DNA of 63,884 bases, the filler included, from Folioceros fuciformis (taxonomy: Eukaryota): assembly GCA_049999805.1 (NCBI GenBank). It is 7 parts of 7 records of this genome, joined end to end, with 100 filler letters (N's around TTAATTAATTAA, not from the genome) between each part and the next. Parts side by side here need not be neighbours in the genome. Positions count along the whole stretch, not along the records: positions 35,382 to 46,912 come from JBNGIO010001060.1; positions 47,013 to 53,034 come from JBNGIO010001062.1; 5 more parts are not named here. One strand, written 5' to 3'. The notes below the pieces were generated by a model. The model saw only the letters and a program-made list of their open reading frames with translations. It did no database searches and was not told the origin of the DNA. Shown here piece by piece: positions 36,315 through 47,686 of the stretch. Position 1 is the first letter of the stretch. Every line of letters begins with the position of its first letter. The translations under genes and the position numbers were made by a program.

Positions 36315-37003
36315 ACACGCATTACCATAAAGCCATTGTACTGTACTTGCGACAACCCAAACTTGAAGCCCAACACCAACACGAAGCAGAAGGCAAGAGA
36401 AGGCAACTACACACTCTTTTGTCTCCACGGGATTGCTTTGGATTGAATTGGATTCTGTACGGTATCAATGACCATGTACACTTCATGCCCACACGATACA
36501 CGTACCAGTTGCACCCACTGAAACTCTGCAACGCAAACAAGGCAGCCCAGCCAGGCCACCACTTGGAGGTACCCCAAGTACAGCACAAACTCGATGACAC
36601 CCAAAAAAACAAACAAACAATAACTAACAATAACAATGATGATAAGGGCAAAAAGGTCAGGGTGGTTACAATCCCCGCACTACTATATTCATACATAACA
36701 AATCGTGCCACCGCCACACCCGCAGAGTAAAAGCAGGCAGGGAACAAAGAACATGCATCTGGATTCCAGCTGCCAACGAGGAGAGGACGGGACGGGATGG
36801 GACAGAGCGTGCAATTCCAGCAGCCACCACTGACTGGCCAAAGCGCTACCGCTACACAGGGCAGGGCCCATACCCTACCAGGCAGGCTACCTAGCACACA
36901 GAAGAAGCTGAGGCAGAAGCCGCCTCGCCAGCTTGCACAAAGCATGCAATGCATGCCTCCCTGCACGTGTCACCACTTAGACTGCCGACAAAAGCTGCCG
37001 CCT

Positions 37004-40000
37004 TCAGTTGGCGGAACCGCGAGATCTGGCCCTCTCTACGCTCTGCGTGTACAGCCTCACGTACTGATCCGCCGACGTCCGCCAGCTGAAGTCCATCCTC
37101 ATGCTTGTCCTCACCAGCTCCCGCCACCACGCCGGCCTTTCCTGGTAGTACCGCACGCACCGCTCCAGAGCGTAGTTCAACCCCTGCGGACCCACAACCA
37201 CCATCCCCACTCACATCCCCGTACCAACCTCGCTACATCTACATCGGCACCCAACCCGCACTTGTTGACTCCCTAACCATGACTACTAAATACCACACGG
37301 CCGCCTCACTTAAGGGCACAACAGCACAGGGAAGGTACGAGCCACCAACCTCCTCGTTGGCTGCCGTGAAGGTGAACCCGTTCCTCCGATCCTCACCGAT
37401 GCTCCCATCGTCCACATCAAAAACACTGCGCACTCCAACCACACACACCAATTCCATGTCACTCTCACCGCGCGCCAAGAGGCAAAACACCAGCGGCGAG
37501 CACGAGCGACGAAACAAGCCCACCTGTCGGCCAGACCGCCTGTTTTCCTGGCAACCGGTATGGCTCCATAGCGCATTGAGATCATCTGTTCCACACAACC
37601 ACACAACACCTCCGTCACCCCCCCACCTTCACAAACGCGCACAACCACCAGCCAGCCATCCAAGGCTATCGCCCCCCTTCTCCAACAGCCACATGAACCT
37701 CAACTGCTAACGCACCGCACCTGCGTTAGCCCACAAGGCTCAAACAGCGACGGTATCACGAATGCATCCGAGGCCGCATAAATCGAGTGCGACAATGTCT
37801 CATCGTACTTCAACACCAGTCGCACATGAGGATGATTCTCGAAACTGCGGGCTATGCCTTCAAACTCCCTCTGCACACACACGCAAACACCCCACGCCAC
37901 ACTCAGATCCCCCCCGCCCCCACCCTCTCCTCTACACCCTGGCCCGGCCCGGCCCGCCTCCGAGGGGCTTGGCTTAGTCTGCCTAAATCACAACCACGTT
38001 ACCTGGATGTCCGCCACTGGACTGGAACCCAAAAGAACGAACTGCCCGCCCAGCTCCAAAGTTCGGTAGATCGCATGTCGTATGAGATGCACGCCCTTCT
38101 GTGGCACCAGCCGCGTGATGCAACCCACCTGACAAAGACCACCAAACACTCCCGCCTTCAATTCCTACAAGTGCATCAGCCACACCCGCCCGCACCCAGC
38201 AACCCCTTCTTACCAGCGGCCTTCCCTCATCCGACCCAGTTCCAGCCAGCCCCAAACGTGTTCTCAGAGACTTCTTGTTCGCTAGCTTGCCGCTCAAGTC
38301 ATCGGCACTGAAGGGAAAATCCAACAGCGGGTCATTGCAAGGATCCCAGGCCTCATCGTCGATACCGTTCAGGATGCCCACAAACTTTGCAGCGTGGCTC
38401 GCGATCGTCACATGGAGGCCACGACCGCCCTGTTGCGAGGATCAACATCGATGTAAAATTCTATGGGGCGACAAATACCGCTTGAAGAGAAGGTGAACAG
38501 GACAAGCAAACTTCCCAAGCGCGCGGAACGAGAAATATGCTACCTCAGGGCCTCGGACCTCTTCCGCATACGTGGGTGACACAGTCGTGACGATGTTCGA
38601 GAAAACTATTCCTCCCTGCACAGCATCCAAAAACGACCAGAAGCAGACCCGCTTCAGAAAACCATATCACTCCGGACAAGCCGACCCCTTTCCATACCGC
38701 ATGCCTACCTTCAGGAGATTAATCCGATCGTGAAAGAAACTGTCTTGCATCCGATCTTGACGGTGGTGTTGTTGGGGCACCAGTCCACAGGCAGCTATTC
38801 CGGCAGGAGACTCTGTGCCTTGATATTCAAAGTTGTGACACGTGAAGGCAAGTCTCGCAGAGTCCAGCCCCTGGGGGACATAAACATCCCAATACAAAGG
38901 AGCCTGCAGCATCGCAATGTGCATTAAAATCACAACATCCAGGAAAGATTGACAAACACACAGGAACCAAACACAATAATGCCTCATGCTGGACCTGGTT
39001 CTGAGGCGACAATGCCTGGAAGCTTGAAAAGAACAACGCAACAAGCCCACTGCAGTCACAGCACGACACAACGCACTTACTCTGACAGAGGACAACACGA
39101 CAACAGCTCGACGATGTACAAATGTCAACCAACATGAATTTCAGAGACCAACAACACACCGACTCCCAAGTATCACATGACACCTTTCGGCAACGACTGT
39201 TCTACGTAGTTGCACAGAAGAGACACCACCAACAAGGCCTTGCAACAAGCACTGCACGATGTCCGACACATGAAAGGGCATACCACAATAGCCGTCTGCC
39301 AATCATGGCTGTGAATTATATCAGGTTTCCTGCCTGCTTGGAGTATGAACTCCAAAGCAGCGCGACAAAAATATGTGAATCGCCTGAAATCATCGTTCTC
39401 CCCGTAGAACGCTCCTCTCCAAAAAAACCTTTGATGGTGCAGCGGCTCTATAAAATACACCGGAAGACCTGGACGAACAATCAAAGCATACATAATGTGC
39501 CGTTACTCCGGAGGAAGAACAAGAACTTTAAAATAGAATCCACTCCCAGCCAAACAATTTTGTCCGGGTGACTATGACAACGTGCGACAACACACCTTCA
39601 ACAATTCCATGCCAAACTCTGTTTTTGTGCATCTGGCCATCGAAGTAGGACAGAAGCTCCATGTCCAGAACCTGCCGAGACAAGTTGACACTGCATAGGT
39701 AAATTGAATTGGGGCACTGGCAAATGCGGTCCCAACAGCCAAACAAAGTCAAACAAGGGAGCTGCTGGAGTCCGGAGAGTGACAGCATCTCATCGGCAGA
39801 GGACACATGCTGGAAGTACCTTGAGAAGTTTAATTCTACTGTAGTCCATACAATTGTATTTCGGAAGAATAACCTCCACCAAGTGACCTTTGGCTTGAAG
39901 GGCCTTACCCAGACCAGTCACCACATCCCCTAAGCCCCCAACCTTGCAAGAGGGGGTGCCAAAAGAACAAAATCAGTACAAACAAGTCACGAATGAAACT

Positions 40001-42173
40001 ATTTTTGCAGCAGACAGGAAACCACAATACCTTTGCAACTGGCGCCATCTCAGCAGCAATATGCACAACATGTAACCCAGGTCTGCAAGACGCAACACAG
40101 AATACTGTTCAGTCAGGCAGATGAAGGGTCGCCACCACACAAGAACAGAGCACAAACGAATTCTGCTGACTTCAAGCACAGGCATGAGTCAAGTCACGAA
40201 GTCATAACTCAGGCAGCCAAAGTGACATCCATCCAAGAGAGCAACCCACTTTTGCCTTGCCTTTGTGAGCTGCAACAAGCTGGCTATAACACGCTCATCA
40301 CTTTCATCCTCAGCAACCACGAATGCATCCCGAATACGGGCCTCACGCCTCCAAGCCATAATTCGTAGCTCCCTACCCTCTTCAATGGAAATCTGTTTTG
40401 AAAGCATCAAGGCATCTATCCGTAACAGCATCCTAGTCCAAAAATCCCAAGGCATCTCCCCGACAGGAACCTCGGCTGCACCTCCTTGTTTGCTCTTTAC
40501 CCTTTGCAGACTGGTTTGAAAAGATTCCACCTCAGCCTGGTACTGCTCAAGCTGGGATCTTATTTCAGCGTCAGATTCTTGGAGTCTTTGCTCCAACAAC
40601 TGCACCTGGTCCCGGAGTCTCACGTTTTCAGCCTGACTCTTCTCCAGGACGACCCTATCTTGCTCAGCCTGCAGCAACGATATCTGCAGCTGAGCCACCT
40701 TGGCTCGGAGACTGGCAACCTCTGCATTAGATGCAACGTCCCCTTCCCGATCAGCACCTGCTTCGGTTCCTGTGAGATCAGCAGCATCCATCATGAGATC
40801 CTCTCCGATGCCAAGAGGCGGAAGCTGCAACAATTTCGCCTCGGCTACAGCTAGCTTATCCTCTAGGTCGTTCACATAATCCTGCAACTGCGCATTGGCG
40901 GTCTGCACCTGAGCGTTGACTCTGTCTTTCACCAACAGCTCCGCAGCGCTTGTTGACCTGACTAGTTTAAGCTGTTGCTCCAAACTTTCAGCCTGGGACC
41001 TGAGCGAGCTTACTTCCTCGGCAGAGGCTTGGGAGGCCTGCAACTGGGCTTCCAGATTCAGCACCTGCAGCTGCAGCTTTCTGTAATCAGCTTCTAGATT
41101 CGACTTCCCGGCTGCAGGGCCATCTCTGTCCGCTAACCTACTCCTGACCAACCCCAGTTCCTCTTCCAGGACTTCATTTTTGGCCTTGGTCTGAGCGGCC
41201 AGCTTAAGCTTAGCGTCTGCTTCTGCTAGCCGTGTCTGCAAGATATTCACTTGGCCCTGAAGAAATTCCTTGTCACTTCGTGCTTTGTCAAGCTCTTCCA
41301 GAGCACGTGCCCGCACCTGGTTGAGCAACAGGATATCTTCGAACAAACAAACACCACCAACCACGGCACGTTGTGAGGGTTAGAATAGTAGCGTAACCAG
41401 CTGTAGAAAGGTAGATTCTCAGCATCAATCCAACCAGAACAAAAGATTGCAGGCGACATAAGGAGTATACATAGGAAGAACCAGTAAGTCAGTTCCCTCA
41501 CTTTTCTCAGCATCCTTGATCATGTCCATGAGGTCATCCACGCTCACACCCCTGGTAGGAACTTCCACCACGCCCGCCTTCTGCGACCCCTGAGGCAGGC
41601 GATGGATAGATAGAGAGGGCGAGTGAGCGAGACGGTGGAGACGGTACACAGAGCGGGTGGAAATTCCATTCACGACACAGATGACAAGGCTTGGAGGAAC
41701 CTAGTGCGAATAGAGTACCAAAGGCTGCACAGCGGTTTGCACGGACAGGGCCTGGTCCGCGGTGACATCGACATCCTCGTCGAGTTCGAGGCCGGCCGAG
41801 CCTCCTTTCCCGCTTTCCTCCTCGGCAGCGGGCGGCCGGTCGCTCAGACTCTTCCTGGACTGCTGCTGCGCTTTCCTGTGGTTGCCGCTGCGGGGAGACA
41901 GGGAAATGGTAAACCTTGCTTACAGGTAGGGCACGTCAGAGCAGAGCACTGCCACGGCGCAGCAAAGGGCGATGTCTCTAGCAACCTGGAATGCCGAGTC
42001 CGAATTCGACAAGACGGTGAGACGGCCGTAATGAGAGGCCGGGACGCAGCCTTGGGAGCGTGATGCGTGTGCTCTCGAGAGAGCCTAAGAGGGTGCAGCT
42101 TGGGTTGCTGGCACCCGCAGCTGCGCCAAGCCACCAGATCGCCCAGGCGCGCGCTGGGAGCAGCAGCCGCCAT
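37004..42173 (-). CDS. SS4: Starch synthase 4, chloroplastic, multi-exon
   Basis: Transit peptide, long coiled coil (40250-41337) ending in the SS4-specific [22 protein letters not shown] region, [57 protein letters not shown] and KTGGLAD. Confidence 0.93.
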
Positions 42174-42620
42174 GGCCTCCGCGTCCGCGCCCGGACCGCT
42201 CGCCTCGCCTCTCCTCCGCTAGAGCGTTTGCATCCTCCACACTGCCGAGAGTCGCCAATTCGAATTTGCATTCGTCGAGTCGAGCAACGCCAAGCAACAG
42301 CAACAGCAACAGCGTGTTATCCTATCCCTCCCAAGGAGCGATGTCCAGCACACATAATAAATACCAGATAACCAACGACATGCTTGCTTTATGTGAAAGA
42401 ATATACTACTACAATGCCATGTGAATAGGCTGTCCCGGGCCGTTTACAGCCCCTGCTAAATGTACCTGTGCGCAGTGCAGACTAGGGCAGGGTAGGAACA
42501 CACCATACAAAAAGCCTTCTTCCCTTTCCTGCATTGCCTTGCCCAGCAAGCGTCTCGTCTACGATGTGTGCCAGAAATATGCGACGCCATAGAAACTGGA
42601 CCTAAGTTCTCATGGTGTTT

Positions 42621-44412
42621 CTATGCGGCGGAAGCGGGCGCTGGAGCCGGAGATGCATCTTGAGCTACAAGCCGCACCTCGTACACGTTGGCGTCAGCGG
42701 CTTCCACTGCCACACAGCGCCAGAAGCGTTCAGACGTTGCTCGACAAGAAAGATGCTCTAGAGAAGAGATATTGTGAAGGGATGCACGGCCGTGCTTACC
42801 GATGTCTGCCCTCACGCCGGGTCCAAAGAAGGACGTGAATTTGGCCTGCCAAGAGCCAACCGGCAGACAGACTACAAATCAGCAGTGGACTCCGAGTCCT
42901 CTCCTCACAAAGTGCTCGACTTTTGCACTCGGACAGACTTCTCCGTAGCTGAGCTCCGTACAGCAGCTAGGACAAGCTTACCTGTCGGGACACGAAGTCC
43001 TCCAATTTGAGCGCTGTGGCTTGGAACACCAGCACCAGTGTATAATAGCCATTCTCACTAACCTGCACTCACTTCATCTCACTGCACTTGTAAGCATGCT
43101 CGGAAGGATGCTTGCAAGGTGAGGTGTAGTTAGAGGGCTAGCTAACTTACTTCTTCGCGGATTGACTTCAACGTAGGCGCGTTTCTTCTCTGGATGCCAC
43201 CCGCCTGCAAAGGGGAAGACGCGAAGGAGGCTGATTCAGCTTTGGTGTCTGTCTGCTGAGACATCTCTGGAGGATTTTGTCACCAACCCTAGCTAGGTGG
43301 GGTATGCCATGCCTTAGCCTTCGAACGTACCTGTCCATACCGGAAGATACGTTTCAGAGCCTCCTCCAAATGCTGTTCGTCTCCATATCGGTACCTGGTA
43401 ACGTCGCTCCTAACCTGCGTTGCGCTGGTGCTGGCTGGAGTGAGTGAGACGAGAGCCAGAGGGCAGAGCGATAGCACCAGGGAGGATCTGAACTCAAGGT
43501 TTCACGTCATCTTTGAACCAAAATTCACACATTTCTGCTGCTACCTGAGCGAGGATGGGCGTGGCTTGGGAGTTACGAAGAGCATAAGCATCCGCGTAGG
43601 TGATGCAAGGCACTGGCTTCAGCTCTGCATACTGCACCAGACCAAACAAGCCGGGCAAGCTCCGTGAGCTCACAGTGAGGTTAGGTTAGATTGAAGCCAA
43701 GGTTAGGGAGTGAATAGAGCAAGCCCGAGTCCCGCGGACTGGTTTGATGAATGATGACCTTGAGAGCCATGCCGATGATGGCAAGAGGAAAGCCGTAGGT
43801 GAGCATGATTGCAGACCATTCTGCACCGGGCAAGACTGTGAAGTAGGCTCCGAAGCCGTAGCTGTGAGCAGAGAAGAGCAAAATTGAGGACACAGGTATT
43901 CAAATGTGGAGACAGTGACGGCGCCCCGGCCCCGGAGATCGCAAGAGTTATCAGTACTGACCCGAGCAAGGAAGTCCCGAGTGCGAGTCCGATGGATCCG
44001 AACGAGGTCTGATGGCCGACAAGAGAGGAGCAAGCTGAAGGCAATCAGGCGCTGAGCTGCTCAAAGGCAATGCAACCGAAATGGCGATGAAACGCAGTAA
44101 GCTGGCCCTGACAGTGCGCACCTTGGTGATGGAGAGTTCGGTGTCTGGAATGACGGGCTTGGCGGAAAGCGGTGGGGCGGTGTCCGGCTGAGCGGCGGCC
44201 CGAGGCTGCCACTGTCTGCGACCATTCCGACTCCTACTCCGGTTCCCATTCCCTTCGGGATTGCGAGCTTGAGGGAGGTGACACAGGGCGAGAGTGCGAT
44301 GCTGGCAGGAGGGAGCAAGAACCCGAAGACTGCACACGGCCGGTGTCCATGCCACAGGCAGCAAGACAGCAGCTCCAACAGCTGCTGATGCTGCTGATGT
44401 AGCCACGGCCAT
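42621..44412 (-). CDS. APE1: Thylakoid DUF2854 protein (slr0575-like), Acclimation of Photosynthesis to Environment 1
   Basis: Transit peptide, YGFGAYFTVLPGAEWSAIMLTYGFPLAIIGMALK|YAELKPV, VRSDVTRYRYGDEQHLEEALKRIF and KFTSFFGPGVRA. Confidence 0.9.
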
Positions 44413-44767
44413 CCTTCGGAGTAGCCACCAGGAGCCACGCCAACCCAGGTATATGGAGGTAGCCTACCTTTGTAGAGTAAGCGGATATGGACAGACGGTA
44501 GTGATGTGCATGTATGTAGCGGCAGCTACCCATATCATGCCTGCAGATACAGTACATCACAAAACAGCCTGAATCCCGGGCTGGACATTCTTCCTACACC
44601 TGTCCGGTTGCAGGTATCACTAACCAATAATAAAAGTCCGCATGGGTATGTATGTATGTATGTGGGTATGTGTATGTATTGTAGATGAGCAGCACACTTA
44701 TCTGCTTTTCTTCTGGAGAGCTAAGAGCCAAGCCAGCCCCGGCAGCTGGAGCTCGCGTGGATTGTCC

Positions 44768-45505
44768 ATGGCGGCAACGTTGTCCATGGCGGGTTGTCCT
44801 TTGGCCGAGTCTTCCTCGTTGCCGCAGGTCTCCATTTCGTCCTTCACCGTCAGCCCCAGCTTCACGCCTGCCAGGTCATGGCTGAGGATGAGCAGCACTA
44901 AGCCGGCTGTGGTAGCTGTCCCAGGTACCATTCGATTGAGCTGCATTGGCCTCCAACGCAATGCCGATCCATTGTCGTGCGGCAGGGGCTTCCATGTCTC
45001 TGCCTCTGCTGGTTGTTGACACCGCGCACTACCTTTGTCTTGGGCAGGTGGTAGTGTACTGCATTGTGATCAGGCAGCTGCTGCAGGATGTGTGAGGCGC
45101 AAAGGACGGATTTTCCAAGTGACCTGCCTCGCCACCGAGAGCGGGAGCGGGAGCGGCAGCGGCAGCAGCAGCTGCATCCAGTTCATCCGGGGAATCGACG
45201 AGCAGAGCGTGCCGGATGTGAAGCTGACTCGATCCCGGGACGGCAACTCTGGGGTTGCCACCTTCGTGTTCGATCAGCCTTCGGTGTTCGACTCGTCGCG
45301 GGAGCTCGGGGAGATCACGGGAATCTACATGGTGGACTCGGAGGGCGTGCTATCGTCGGTGGATGTGAGTGCGAAGTTTGTGAACGGCAAGCCTGCCAAG
45401 ATAGAGGCTAGGTATGTGATGCGCAATGTGCGAGAATGGGACCGCTTCATGCGCTTCATGGAGCGGTATGCAAATGAAAACAATCTGGGCTTCGTCAAGA
45501 CATGA
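44768..45505 (+). CDS. PSB28: Photosystem II assembly protein Psb28; exons 44768-44924 and 45048-45505
   Basis: Ser-rich transit peptide, then IQFIRGIDEQSVPDVKLTRSRDG...AKFVNGKP...EWDRFMRFMERYANENNLGFVK. Confidence 0.96.
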
Positions 45506-46026
45506 CCTCTGCTTTGCTTTGCTCTGCAGCCTGCTCTGGCACTGGCTCAGCTTTGTAAGTACCATCTTCTTCAACTGGTGCACATTGCACTCCTCTTCCT
45601 CTCCTTCTAAGTCTATTGTGCAACGACTGCGGCGCACAAACCAGTAGACGGGTGTTGGATAATAGCACGCTTTTGATTCTTGTACAGCGCACAGCCAGAT
45701 ATGGCTTCGGCCAAACAAACAAGTTAATCCAACGTAGCCCTGAGTACGCCTAGACTACCTGGTACGTTTCCGGCGTGGTGGTGCAACAGCTGGAGCAGGA
45801 GCACTAGGATGCACAGCAGGGGTTTATCTGACGTGCCGAATAACACCAACCTCATGAGCGGCCTTGAACACGCTCTGCACACGAGCCATCATAGAACAGG
45901 TTCGCACTGCAGTCGGGGATGTCACACCACAGGCCTGGTTTTCCTGATTTTACTCAAGCTTGCGTCACGCCTAGAAGGCAGGAAGGTCAGCAACAGCAAA
46001 GGTCCAGCTATGGCATCCAGGTGTTG

Positions 46027-46912
46027 TTAGGCATGGCGAGGAGGTTCTGAGCCGTCCTGGTGGAAGTGGGGCACGGGATGGGGCTGAGGATGAGGCTGGG
46101 GCTGCAGACTTCCACCGCGGGAGGGTGCAAATAGAGTGGCGGATACATAAGTGGCATGTGGTACCGGTGTGGACTGAAGGGGGCCCATGGAGGAGCAGAC
46201 AGGAGACTCATGGAGGGGTCTCGTTGGCTGCGCGTCCAGGCAAGGGATGGAGGAGTCCCAAAGACAGTGGGCGCCAACAGGAGCAGCAGAGGCCGAGGCG
46301 GCTACAGATGACTTCGCCGCTGCTAAGCCCTCCACCACCGACTGCTGCGGCTGCTGCTGCTGCTGCCGCTCTTGGCGCACAACAAGGCCTAGGGTCGTGG
46401 AGCAGAATGCGGAAGGCAAGACTGGTGTTACGCCTCCCAGGGGACCACCTGGCATCAGCAAGCAAGCGAGCGCGTTGGCGTGAATCGAAAAAATGGATGA
46501 AACCAACAAGGGCAGAGCAGAGAGATGCAGGGCTGCGTGCCTGACAGCTGCCTCGTCCGGACGACCGGAGCCTTCAGGCTGTGACCACTGTTGTGGTAAA
46601 GCGCATCAGACGGGAAGGTCACGCCACAGTCGCCGTTGGTCTGGGAACCGGAATCGGAGGTTGAGACTGAGGCTGAGAAGGAGGCAGATGCGCCTTGTTG
46701 TTCCCGATCCCTATCCCGATCGCGAGCTTCCTTCTCCCTGGCGCGCTCCCTCGCTCTCTCCCTGGCTTTCAATCTCGATTCCGTCCTCACATCTATCGTT
46801 GCGGTGGCCGCCGCAGCTGCTGCTGGATCTGTTTTGGGGGAATGAAAAGGCGGCTGCGAGGCAGTTGGAGCGGGAACGGACGCGGATTGCGAAGGGGGAG
46901 CAGTAGCAGACG
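46027..46912 (-). CDS. 3' part of a class II (CIN-like) TCP transcription factor; TCP domain lies beyond the spacer; probable intron about 46449-46540
   Basis: R domain RTESRLKARERARERAREKE, Q- and A-rich tracts, and the GPLQS motif that encodes the miR319 site in CIN-type TCPs. The intron donor is uncertain and may be GC. Confidence 0.72.
46169..46189 (-). promoter_or_regulatory. miR319-type target site in the TCP coding sequence
   Basis: The plus strand reads GTGGACTGAAGGGGGCCCATG against miR319 UUGGACUGAAGGGAGCUCCCU. Positions 2-13 would pair perfectly with the minus-strand mRNA. Confidence 0.65.
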
Positions 46913-47012
46913 NNNNNNNNNNNNNNNNNNNNNNNNNNNNNNNNNNNNNNNNNNNNTTAATTAATTAANNNNNNNNNNNNNNNNNNNNNNNNNNNNNNNN
47001 NNNNNNNNNNNN
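46913..47012. other. Artificial contig spacer
   Basis: N44-TTAATTAATTAA-N44. Confidence 0.97.
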
Positions 47013-47044
47013 ATGTAATGTTATCATTATTATTATTATTATTA

Positions 47045-47686
47045 TTATTTATATTTAAATGTCCATGGAACTCGTTCGGGTGGGGGTATTATGTCACAAT
47101 ATCGAACAAAGCAATCTGTAGAATATACAAAACCTCGCACTTTGTTTTTGCAAACCACTCTTAAGAGCTCCTCAGTCAAGACACCAATGCAATACCTGCA
47201 GTGCTCTTGTGTTCTCATGGTATCTGAGTACTTGCATCCAGATCGAGCAAACACTCGTTTGTCTATATTAGCGTTAAACGGCATGTAACGTTGTACATTC
47301 GAGTTGTTAATAAATCTAGTGTGTGTTTCATGTACTACAACAGACATAAGACGCTCCAACAAGACGTGATATATCCCTCCAGGTTCATAATCATCCGTAC
47401 TACACCATTTCCTACTGATACCTGTGTCAGGAACATTTGGAAAACTGTCATCAGATTCGTCGTGTATAAAACCGTCGTTGCCTCTTGGTAATATGGTATC
47501 CAATCTTGGGTATAAGGGGTCCAATGCAGACTCTGCTGATCCTAACCATGAGTAAGCTGACTGCCAAGGTTCACAATAAGAGCAAGAACTTTCTTCGGAT
47601 TCTATCTGCTGAGCTATGGTGAGAATGTGTGAACAAACATTAGCTATGATGTACAGAAATACTATTTGTGATAGTTTGGTTCTCAT
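47045..47686 (-). CDS. Secreted protein with a single divergent DUF26 (Gnk2-homologous) domain
   Basis: Signal peptide MRTKLSQIVFLYIIANVCSHILTIA, then WCSTDDY, VFARSGCKYSDTMRTQEHCRYC and VCKNKVRGFVYSTDCFVRY. Intronless and AT-rich. Confidence 0.72.
   Translation of the reverse strand: MRTKLSQIVFLYIIANVCSHILTIAQQIESEESSCSYCEPWQSAYSWLGSAESALDPLYPRLDTILPRGNDGFIHDESDDSFPNVPDTGISRKWCSTDDYEPGGIYHVLLERLMSVVVHETHTRFINNSNVQRYMPFNANIDKRVFARSGCKYSDTMRTQEHCRYCIGVLTEELLRVVCKNKVRGFVYSTDCFVRYCDIIPPPERVPWTFKYK

Noticed and set aside
35382-36966. Long ORFs 35482-36165, 35738-36730 and 36322-36966, and a short minus-strand start at 35483
   Set aside because: They are held open by microsatellites and CT/GA-rich tracts and show no domain signal. 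The 35483 start is too short before the gap to call.
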